Numbered from the stretch's first letter, positions 1 to 7,625 are shown. The stretch is DNA of 19,147 nt from Bdellovibrionota bacterium (GCA_044356455.1 JBIKWF010000087.1:1-19147), one strand, 5' to 3'. Notes: generated from the sequence alone by a model not told the origin. A program made the numbers and translations.

Positions 1-56
1 CCACGCTCATTAGGAAGGAAGAGTATCGGTGGGCTCCTTCAGGTTGGTGAAAGAAC
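1..56. repeat. Diverged direct repeat, copy 1 (may extend beyond the left edge of the window)
   Basis: 49/56 identical by manual ungapped alignment to 6175-6230 (CCACGCTCATTAGG..GGAAGAGTATCG.TGGGC.CCTTCAGG...). Confidence 0.85.
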
Positions 57-534
57 TAATTCCACACTTGAGGAAAGCCTTTGTATCAATATTACTCGAT
101 GCCTGGTCAAACAATTATGTGAATACGAGTAGCGAGGCACTAGGAATGGCATTCTCAACCGCCCAGAGCGCTGTTCAAAAGAATTAGCCTGCTGAAACCA
201 CTTTTCTATACCGCATATAATTCTGGAAGCTACGTAGTTGAAACGGGTTGCCGTTTCATGAAGTCCTATGACCAAATGTGCATTGGGGACTTGTGTCCTC
301 GGTGCGGCGCCGGCTGTCGACGGTGCTGCAAGAATGCAGTTTTTTATGGGTGCTGCGAGCCCTTGAGGCCTGCGTAGTTGCGTTCTTTTCCTTTGTGCTC
401 ATTATCGCTATAACTTCCTTCTTATGCTTCATCAGCAAACGACCATAAATCCTGATTTCGACCGAGCAATGCGCCTTGTTCGAATACATCGTTGAAGCGA
501 AAGCGTAGAGGCCGACATAACTAACGGCAAGTTT

Positions 535-1365
535 GTGGTCTGGTTTTCGGAAGGACCGCTTCAATATCGTGGCCCGTTTACCTTTCCCGACGCGAGTCAT
601 GCGGGAAATGCCGTGAAAGAACTGAACCAGAGCCATGCCAGATCTTCAGTAAAGGTTCTTTCGCTCGGAGCGATGGCTTTGCTGTCAGCGGTCTACAAGC
701 ATGGAGGGGCGGTGCTCTCACTCGCTCCTTGGCGAGAAAGAGCGGATGCTCAGGGCAAGTTTGGGGACTGTGACATTCACTGGGTCCAAAGCGATTTACT
801 CCCTCCCGAAGCCATTGCGCTGCCGAAGGGCACGACGGTGGGAGTACTGCTTAAATCGGTGTGTTCAGATTATGCAGAGCTCGCAGGAGTGCCACTCGAG
901 GAAACGGGATGCCCAGGCACGTTAAATGATTTTGCCTCAATCGCAATGAGCCACGGGTTACAAGAATTAGGCGTGGGCGAGCGCGCGCTGTCTCCAAGGC
1001 GTACACCTTCTTGGCTCGCTGCAGCCGCGGGACTAGCCCTTGCCGCAGCGGGGGTGTTTCAACTATCTCAACGTGGAGGTGATCGCAGCGAAACGGAATT
1101 AGAACAGAGCTTGGGTGCGCTTCGCATGCCGCCAGTTAGGCATGAGAAACCTGGTATTACTCAGGCGGGATATGGGCGAACAATCCCGCGTGCGTCGGAC
1201 GATGCCGCAGGCCTCGCAATCGCAGATTCGCTTCGTGATGAGCATTCCCAAATGCCTCGGCAACATCCTTTCTGGTATCTTCCGTCATATCCTCAAGGAG
1301 TTGATGCAGAGTCGAGACTTCAGGTGAAAATTACTCCACTTACAATTGAGCGAAAACAAGATTAG
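535..1365 (+). CDS. Hypothetical single-pass membrane protein with an embedded flagellin N-terminal-like motif
   Basis: 276-aa ORF with GTG start (start uncertain). Hydrophobic segment WLAAAAGLALAAAGVFQL, followed by RASDDAAGLAIADSLR at 1189-1236. Confidence 0.65.
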   Translation: MVWFSEGPLQYRGPFTFPDASHAGNAVKELNQSHARSSVKVLSLGAMALLSAVYKHGGAVLSLAPWRERADAQGKFGDCDIHWVQSDLLPPEAIALPKGTTVGVLLKSVCSDYAELAGVPLEETGCPGTLNDFASIAMSHGLQELGVGERALSPRRTPSWLAAAAGLALAAAGVFQLSQRGGDRSETELEQSLGALRMPPVRHEKPGITQAGYGRTIPRASDDAAGLAIADSLRDEHSQMPRQHPFWYLPSYPQGVDAESRLQVKITPLTIERKQD

Positions 1366-1465
1366 CCCCCTCCTTCTTTCTATCCTGGCCTCATCGCGTA
1401 TTCACACGCACAAGGAAGGCAAACTAGAATTACCAGGGAGCCTCGTCCAAAATAGAGGACTTCCG

Positions 1466-1766
1466 TTAGTGCCACCCACTTTTTTGAATCGTAAGCAGTT
1501 ATCGGGCAATCGCGAAAGAAGTTTCCAGTTCGGACTGATCTAATTGTGCTGCATGAGTGGGACTGCCTGATTCCACCCACAGGGTTTTCAAGGGAGGTTG
1601 CCTGGAGGGGGAGTTAGTTTGTTTGCTCTTGGAAGAGGAGCCGGTCCGATAGAGAGAGGAATTATACCTCGGCTGACGGGTACGTGACTTTCGTAAATTC
1701 AATTGCTTATCGAGACATTCTCGTTTGGCCCGTGTTGGCAAATGCAAATAAAGTGGGTGGCACTAA
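1466..1766. mobile_element. Non-autonomous MITE/REP-doublet-like element, family A, copy 1
   Basis: Perfect 17-bp terminal inverted repeats TTAGTGCCACCCACTTT (1466-1482) / AAAGTGGGTGGCACTAA (1750-1766). Differs from 5709-6010 by 9 substitutions and 1 indel. No recognisable transposase ORF. Confidence 0.8.
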
Positions 1767-1834
1767 GTAGTGGGCTCGTACTCCCAATCTATTTTGGGGC
1801 CAGTAGGAGGATGGAGGGGCGCCGGCCGAAATAA

Positions 1835-2263
1835 CTACCAGGAGCTCTCACCGATGACGTCAGACCCCTTTCTCGTTGTGTTTTGCGTGGCCTGCCCGAA
1901 GTTTGCATCAGTGGGCGATGGAGGGGAAACATACCGCTTCTTGCAGTCCTGAAGTTTCGATTCCTTACCAGAATCGGCAACGCAGAGCGCCTCGTTTAGC
2001 TCCTCGCAGGTCAATCGACGTGGTGAATTATCTTCATCTTCATCTTCATCGCCGTCTCCAGGTGCCCATCCGGGGGTAGTGGGCGTCAATGGTCCGTCGG
2101 GCCCACAGCGACAGGTACACAGATACTCTAGAGCAACCTCTGCGCTATCATTCCCAACAAAAATTTTTGAGGGAGGGGTTCGTTGTTGGCAGAGAGCTCG
2201 TTGAGGGGATGAAGCCATGAAGACGCACAGCGTCGCAGCAAGCACTCTCAAGATTTTTGCCAT
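1835..2263 (-). CDS. Small Cys-rich putative secreted protein
   Basis: ATG at 2263 preceded by GGGGA. Signal-peptide-like N-terminus MAKILRVLAATLCVFMASS, a CxCxC motif plus three further downstream Cys, and an acidic DEDEDED tract. The longer upstream start (2473) lies inside a repeat element. Confidence 0.6.
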   Translation of the reverse strand: MAKILRVLAATLCVFMASSPQRALCQQRTPPSKIFVGNDSAEVALEYLCTCRCGPDGPLTPTTPGWAPGDGDEDEDEDNSPRRLTCEELNEALCVADSGKESKLQDCKKRYVSPPSPTDANFGQATQNTTRKGSDVIGESSW

Positions 2264-2420
2264 AGTTAATCCCCGTAAACGGTCACAACCCGCAGTTCCG
2301 AGCTTTATGTCGGTGGCCGACCACTTATTCGATAAGTGAATCCTCGGTACGGTTGGCGAAGATCTTGAGCGTCCTCTCCCTTCAAACTTAGTCCACCGCA
2401 GGAGGCACTGGTTCGGAGGC

Positions 2421-2517
2421 ACTGGTTCACCCCAACTCTCTCTTTGCGGATCCGCAAAGCCCCCCCCCGGCAATGTATTCAGTCACTTAGATCCAAAAAT
2501 AGTTGGGGTGCACCAGT
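2421..2517. repeat. REP-doublet/MITE-like element, family B, copy 1
   Basis: IRs ACTGGTTCACCCCAACT / AGTTGGGGTGCACCAGT (1 mismatch), internal perfect palindrome CTTTGCGGATCCGCAAAG (2442-2459) and a poly-C run. Near-identical to 5510-5609. Confidence 0.8.
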
Positions 2518-2874
2518 TAGTGCTCTCCGTAGGGCCGGGGAGTCCATCATTTCCCGGTTCGTAACGCAACGGAAGACCCAACGCCAAAACGTTATCGTCC
2601 AAAATAACCATACCAAAACTCCTTCCTCGAGCTCACGCTCGATAAGTGAACCTTTACACACAACACCCCTCACCCGCGTCGCTACCCGACTCCCACGCAG
2701 AATTCGAGCGAGTTAGGTGAGCGAAGCGGATGATGGATGTTCTACCTTCCACCGAAACAGGATTTTTCAAAGAGCAAAGACCGAAATTTGAAAGCGGGAG
2801 GCTTGAGAGCAGAGAACCGTGACGCGCGAGCGTCGGCTTGTGCAAACCGTCCCGCGATTAACGGCTTATGGATG

Positions 2875-3654
2875 CTACTGGAGTAGGTCCTTGTAGATGC
2901 GATCCGGATTCGGCACCATCGCCGCAAAATGACCGTCTGCATCTACGTGAGCGAGCTCAAATGAGGTCCCTTTGGCAGATCTCGTGACAGAATTGGCTTC
3001 CACGAACTGAGGAGGGGCGCCGGGCTCTGATACTTCGAGCCACACCGGGCCGCGTAGCTCTTCTCCAACCCGAAGCTCTTGCTTTACCCACAGTGGGAAG
3101 GTTGCGAGATGTTCCTTCGTAAAGACAAGCGAGAGCTCGTCGTTTTCGAAGGTAAAGCGGCCTTCGCATGCCGTGATTCTCCCTTCGATTGACGGGAGCC
3201 TCGAATTCAACTCCCGACGATACGGATCCATTAGGAGCACTTGTACTCCCAACGGAGCCCAGGTGTGAAGCCGAGCCAATCGCTTCGCGGGGATTGATCT
3301 AAACTGTTCAACGAGCAGAACGTTCACCCAGAGACTCACGATGCGCTCGCGACGGAAAGCGATAAATTGTCCCCAACTATCCACGCAATTCAAGAAATCT
3401 GAATCCGCACCACCGCACGTTAGCTCGAAGAGGGAGACGGAACCAAGTAGCGTAACTTCGAACAGTCCGCCTTTGGTTGTTTCAATCTCCACGGTTAAAC
3501 CCGCCGGAAGTTCTTGCTCGAGTAGCTCCGGTGCCATGTTTGAAGAGCTAAGGAGATTCATAAGGAATGGTTTTCCTGGCTCAAGCAAGTCGGGGAACGG
3601 CAGGTGTTCAGGCCACCCACCTTTAGCCGCCGGAGGATCCCAGTCGATCAACAT
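2875..3654 (-). CDS. Hypothetical protein
   Basis: Long ORF with globular-looking composition from MLIDWDPP (ATG 3654). Alternative start at 3786. No family motif recognised. Confidence 0.6.
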   Translation of the reverse strand: MLIDWDPPAAKGGWPEHLPFPDLLEPGKPFLMNLLSSSNMAPELLEQELPAGLTVEIETTKGGLFEVTLLGSVSLFELTCGGADSDFLNCVDSWGQFIAFRRERIVSLWVNVLLVEQFRSIPAKRLARLHTWAPLGVQVLLMDPYRRELNSRLPSIEGRITACEGRFTFENDELSLVFTKEHLATFPLWVKQELRVGEELRGPVWLEVSEPGAPPQFVEANSVTRSAKGTSFELAHVDADGHFAAMVPNPDRIYKDLLQ

Positions 3655-4263
3655 AGTGGGGATCCCCGTCTGGTTCGCAGCCTGACCTTCAGTTCGACCC
3701 CTGAAAGTACCCGTCGCACACCTGCTGCCTCTCCTCGCCGCCACCCTTACCTCAACAGGTACGTGGTTAAATTCCAGATACAACATCGGTAATCCCTTCT
3801 GAGAGCTTTGCTCTCAAATCTCGAACACCGGCAAACCTCAGAGAGAACCTTTCTCTCAAGCCTCCTCACTTATTGATAACGCGCCACCTGTAAGGGACGC
3901 AGAACCGTTAAGTGCCAGCGACTACCGCATCTACCCACACAGCGATGCTTCAAGATAACGTATCTCTCGGTACGATCACGGGTGCGGTGGCGCTACTCAC
4001 CCCGCGTAACGAGAAAGATGGTGACGGTAGTCACAAGAATCTTCGAAGAATGCGTAGGCACAACGCGAAGAGGCGCGCTCACCGCTCAGCTCCTCAACAA
4101 CGCCAGCGCCGCAGTCGCTGGTCTGCTCCAAATATTTTGATGGCTTTTGACTATCGATCGAGCCAAGCAATGACGTCACTTTCTCACGAGACGTGTGGTG
4201 AAAGTTGACAATATCCTTCGTCGATTGCTTCCTCTTAGCCCCATTGCTTAGTGATCGAACTGT

Positions 4264-5418
4264 CTAGCTATTGAAGGCCTTTCCTGCAAGAAATTCTTGC
4301 AACCCGACGACTTCAATTCCCTCACTTAAGAGATACCGCTTGTTCCCCGGATAAAGCACAAATAGTTTTTTGAGCTTGAGGTCTGTTTTGGCGGAACGCA
4401 TCGACGGAGTTAGATGGGGAGCTGAGCTAAACTTAAACTCGATTCCAGTTCGCTCACGGCCAAATGGCAAAAACAAATCAAGTTCAGCCCCTGTGTGCGT
4501 ACGCCAGAAAAACACCTCTTCCGGCCGCTTCTGAAGCGCTCGAATAACCTCTTCGAGTGCGTATCCCTCCCAAGAAGCACCCAGAAAGTGACTGCGCTCA
4601 ATCTCCGCCTTTGACCTAAGCGCCAATAGCTCGTGTAGTAAGCCGCTGTCGCGAAGATAAATTTTAGATGCCCTTACTTGGCGTTTGCCGATATTCTCGT
4701 GCCATGGTTGAAGTTGGCGAACCATAAATGTTTCAGTCAGGATATCGACGTAATTTCTGATGTTTGTATCTGAAAGACCGAACGATCGACCGAGTTCGCT
4801 ATAGTTCATTATCTGCCCGTGCAATCCAGCCAGCATGGTCCAAAACCTCAACATAGATGGCGCGGGGATTCTGATTCCTAACGATGGAATATCTCGCTCA
4901 AGAAATGTCGCAATATAATCCCTGCGCCACTTACAACTGATCGGCTCCGAAGTTGCTAAGATACTACCGGGGTATCCCCCGCGTGCCCAATGCTGACTTC
5001 TAAATCGTGGCGGCAGCTCCTTGAGGCTAAATGGCGGCACCTCTATGTAGCTAATCCGGCCGGCGAGAGTTTCTGATGCTTGGCCGATTAGATCGCGCGA
5101 TGCGCTTCCCAGCACCAGGAATCGTGCTCTGCAAGGCTTGCGATCTGCCAAGACCCTTAACGTTTCGAACAATTTTGGTGCGCGTTGAATCTCGTCAATT
5201 ACTACAGTTCCTTTAAGCGGTTCTAAAGCCAGCATCGGATCTGCGAGCCTTGCAGCATCGCGACTATCTTCTAGATCAAAGTACGAGGCGGATTTCGATT
5301 TTACCACCTGCCTTGCCAAGGTCGTTTTTCCAACCTGCCTAGCCCCCAAAAGCGCCACAATTGGGCTGTCCGTCAGGCTAGCTGCAATGCGCGTGAGAAG
5401 TAGCTTTCTCGAAATCAT
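4264..5418 (-). CDS. AAA+ superfamily ATP-binding protein (AAA_14 + DUF4143-type)
   Basis: Walker A GARQVGKTT, Walker B VVIDEIQ, motifs LGSAS, ETLAGRI and GGYP, central HTH-like NYSELGRSFGLSDTNIRNY, KIYLRDSGL, and C-terminal ELDL...IEFK (PD-(D/E)xK-like). Confidence 0.92.
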   Translation of the reverse strand: MISRKLLLTRIAASLTDSPIVALLGARQVGKTTLARQVVKSKSASYFDLEDSRDAARLADPMLALEPLKGTVVIDEIQRAPKLFETLRVLADRKPCRARFLVLGSASRDLIGQASETLAGRISYIEVPPFSLKELPPRFRSQHWARGGYPGSILATSEPISCKWRRDYIATFLERDIPSLGIRIPAPSMLRFWTMLAGLHGQIMNYSELGRSFGLSDTNIRNYVDILTETFMVRQLQPWHENIGKRQVRASKIYLRDSGLLHELLALRSKAEIERSHFLGASWEGYALEEVIRALQKRPEEVFFWRTHTGAELDLFLPFGRERTGIEFKFSSAPHLTPSMRSAKTDLKLKKLFVLYPGNKRYLLSEGIEVVGLQEFLAGKAFNS

Positions 5419-5432
5419 GCGTTTTATATACC

Positions 5433-5465
5433 ATGAAATATCGATGTCAGCCAGCGAGATTTCAT
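5433..5465. promoter_or_regulatory. Palindromic putative operator upstream of the AAA+ ATPase gene
   Basis: ATGAAATATCGATG-N5-CAGCGAGATTTCAT (12/14 complementary). Overlaps a minus-strand TGGTATATA extended -10-like box that ends 6 nt before the ATG. Confidence 0.5.
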
Positions 5466-5509
5466 TACGTCTCTATTGGTGAATTGTCAGCTCGGTCATT
5501 TGGTGCACA

Positions 5510-5609
5510 AACTGGTGCACCCCAACTCTCTCTCTGTGCGGATCCGCAAAGCCCCCCCCCAGCAATGTATTCAGTCACTTAGATCCAAAATAGTTGGGGT
5601 GCACCAGTT
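5510..5609. repeat. REP-doublet/MITE-like element, family B, copy 2
   Basis: Perfect 18-bp IRs AACTGGTGCACCCCAACT / AGTTGGGGTGCACCAGTT. Same interior as 2421-2517. Confidence 0.82.
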
Positions 5610-5704
5610 AGTGCTCCCCCCAACTTTTTGAGGCTTTTAGGGAAAGCCTCCAGGGACACCCACCTATTGCCCACGTCCAATTCGGACTGAAGTAGGGGAG
5701 GACT
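5608..5704. repeat. Degenerate third IR-bounded unit between B2 and A2
   Basis: Starts TTAGTGCTCCCCCCAACTTTTTGA (resembles both the A and B ends), contains hairpin GAGGCTTT-TAGGG-AAAGCCTC, and ends AGTAGGGGAGGACT (imperfect inverse of its left end). Confidence 0.5.
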
Positions 5705-5708
5705 CCCA

Positions 5709-6010
5709 TTAGTGCCACCCACTTTTTTGAATCGTAAGCAGTTATCGGGCATTCGTGAAAGAAGTTTCCAGTTCGGACTGAACAAATTGTGCTGCATGAG
5801 TGGGACTGCCTGATTCCACCCACAGGGTTTTCAAGGGAGGTTGCCTGGAGGGGGAGTTAGTTTGCTTGCTCTTGGAAGAGGAGCCGGTCCGATACAGAGA
5901 GGAATTATACCTCGTCTGACGGGTACGTGACTTTCGTAAATTCAATTGCCTTATCGAGACATTGTCGTTTGGCCCGTGTTGGCAAATGCAATTAAAGTGG
6001 GTGGCACTAA
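5709..6010. mobile_element. Non-autonomous MITE/REP-doublet-like element, family A, copy 2
   Basis: Same perfect 17-bp TIRs (5709-5725, 5994-6010). About 97% identical to 1466-1766, in the same orientation. Confidence 0.8.
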
Positions 6011-6174
6011 GTAGTGATCTCGCGAAAAAAAGGAGCCACACATTACCTATTTCATTCGGCAGGTGGGGAGCTGCCTTGTAGAGATAGAACTTGAAGTATT
6101 CGACTACTATCATTGTCACGAAGTACTTTCACGACTTCGAGTCGAAGTTCCAGATGCGATTTCTCATATCACCA

Positions 6175-6230
6175 CCACGCTCATTAGGCGGGAAGAGTAT
6201 CGCTGGGCCCCTTCAGGCTGCTGAAGGAAC
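6175..6230. repeat. Diverged direct repeat, copy 2, overlapping the HAD gene stop codon
   Basis: 49/56 identical to 1-56. Contains hairpin CCTTCAG-GCTG-CTGAAGG. Confidence 0.85.
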
Positions 6231-7034
6231 AAGACTTTTCTGGGGCACAATAAAGGCTCGCTCGCGTGAATCAAAATCTAAGCTTGCAAGCCACGCTTTC
6301 GTGGTAAGCAGATTCCGATGACTTTGGGCAACCTTAGACGAAGCCTCAGGACTAAGTGCTTTTAGTCCTTTGATGTGCACAGGCCAGCAACCTGCCTCAG
6401 ACATCGCCAAGATGCCGCGGTCGCTGTCTTCAAGCCCTATACATTGATCCATGGGAATCTCAATGCGTCTTTGAGCCTCGCGCACGATTTCGACTTTGTT
6501 GCGTTTCTCTTTCGGTATGTCGCAGGCCGCAACTACAAGTTGGGGCGGAACCAAATCCGCAAGCCGCGTGAGGCGAAGTATAGGTTCGGCCTCGTTTTTC
6601 TTGGAGGCAGTCGCCACCACAAAGGGAACTTCACGCTCTTGGAGAAAGCGCACGAGCTCTTCAGCGCCCTCTTGCCGCAGCCAATCCGCGCGAGCCTCTG
6701 GTGCATCTGGAAGATTGCGAGAGACAAGAAGATTTCTCGTTTCACGAATCTTTTGCACTAACCTTCTGGCATCCTCAATTCCAAGATCGGTGTTCCTAAG
6801 TACTACGCCGATTACCACCTCGACGACTTCCTCCGCGGTAGCCCCCAGCGTCGGCAAAAATTCATGCGATTCATGGTTGGGGAATCCGTGCTCTTTGCAG
6901 GCAACTGGCCAGAGCTTGTTTCTGAGCCACTCAATCGTATCAAGCGTGCCGTTCAAATCAGAGATAACACCGCGAATCTTCAGCGGTTCTTCACTTGAGC
7001 GGGCGGGAGAATTAGCAGAAGGAGAAGGGTTCAT
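6213..7034 (-). CDS. HAD-superfamily hydrolase (beta-PGM/CbbY-like phosphatase)
   Basis: Motif I-like ISDLNGTL, motif II VATAS, motif III Lys candidate (RNKVEI), motif IV GLEDSDRGILAMSEAG. ATG 7034 preferred over TTG 7070. Confidence 0.85.
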   Translation of the reverse strand: MNPSPSANSPARSSEEPLKIRGVISDLNGTLDTIEWLRNKLWPVACKEHGFPNHESHEFLPTLGATAEEVVEVVIGVVLRNTDLGIEDARRLVQKIRETRNLLVSRNLPDAPEARADWLRQEGAEELVRFLQEREVPFVVATASKKNEAEPILRLTRLADLVPPQLVVAACDIPKEKRNKVEIVREAQRRIEIPMDQCIGLEDSDRGILAMSEAGCWPVHIKGLKALSPEASSKVAQSHRNLLTTKAWLASLDFDSRERAFIVPQKSLVPSAA

Positions 7035-7119
7035 AGCAAGGACGGTATTCGATTCTCGTATCCTAATCAATTTCGGCTAGGGAGGTTGGATCGGCTACAC
7101 TGTGTACGGGTATTCGCCT

Positions 7120-7401
7120 ATGCACGCATCACGAGATCAATTCCAATGCCTCGCCAAGGTTGAAAACCCCCTTGGTCTTCACGCCCGTCCTGCTGCCGAG
7201 ATTGCGACCTTCATAAAGTCATTGGAAGGGGTTTCAGTTAAACTGCGATGCGGAGAAAGTGAAGCGGAGGGGGACAGCATTCTTCAGATTTTATTTCTTT
7301 GCGCACAGCAGGGTGCTGAAGTTCAAATTATAGCCACCGGTAAGAACGCACGCGAAGCTGCTCAGGGAGTCCGAGACATCATTCAGGGCCAAGCGGGATA
7401 G
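7120..7401 (+). CDS. ptsH: HPr family phosphocarrier protein
   Basis: NPLGLHARPAA (His15 site) and GDSILQILFL (Ser46-equivalent site); about 93 aa. Confidence 0.93.
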   Translation: MHASRDQFQCLAKVENPLGLHARPAAEIATFIKSLEGVSVKLRCGESEAEGDSILQILFLCAQQGAEVQIIATGKNAREAAQGVRDIIQGQAG

Positions 7402-7625
7402 AAAGCCTTCCTAACTGGGGGAGAGCACGTAAATCGTATCCGGGGGGAAGGCAACAGAAGGGCGTGCACAAGGTAAAATCGGGCATGAGCTGACATATAC
7501 TCCCCTACGGATGAAGCGTGGGTAAGTATCCAGCGAGCTTCGACGATAGTCCAGTCGCTCTAGGCATGCTCTCTCGTTCAGTTCTTTCGCCCTCGGAAGG
7601 TAACCATATGCTGTCCTACTGTGCG

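Noticed and set aside
39..636. Minus-strand ORFs 39-275 and 256-636 as a HAD pseudogene copy
   Set aside because: Similarity to the HAD locus stops at position 56 and no HAD motifs appear upstream in these frames.
1380..1747. Short ORFs within the family A elements (also 5579-6119)
   Set aside because: They are shared only because the DNA is repeated. They lack RBSs, have different starts and ends between copies, and one is broken by the indel.
1855..1873. TGACGTCAGACCCCTTTCT, resembling a short REP-type half-site in the 3' end of the Cys-rich gene
   Set aside because: Single copy with no inverted partner in the window, so it cannot be distinguished from chance.
2421..2520. Family B elements as integron attC sites or CRISPR repeats
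   Set aside because: Ends do not fit RYYYAAC/GTTRRRY with extrahelical bases, there is no regular repeat-spacer periodicity, and no integrase or cas gene is present.
3830..3927. c-di-GMP-I riboswitch-like words GGCAAACC...GGGACGCAGAACC...CTACCG
   Set aside because: The P2 region is far too long and lacks the GNRA tetraloop, P3 and its receptor are missing, and there is no credible downstream + strand gene. A cmsearch with RF01051 would settle it.
3912..4208. 98-aa + strand ORF
   Set aside because: GTG start without RBS, Arg-rich low-information composition and no motif; likely spurious.
1466..6010. A1/A2 pair as a DGR template/variable repeat
   Set aside because: Substitutions are not adenine-specific on either strand, neither copy lies at the 3' end of a convincing gene, and no reverse transcriptase is present.
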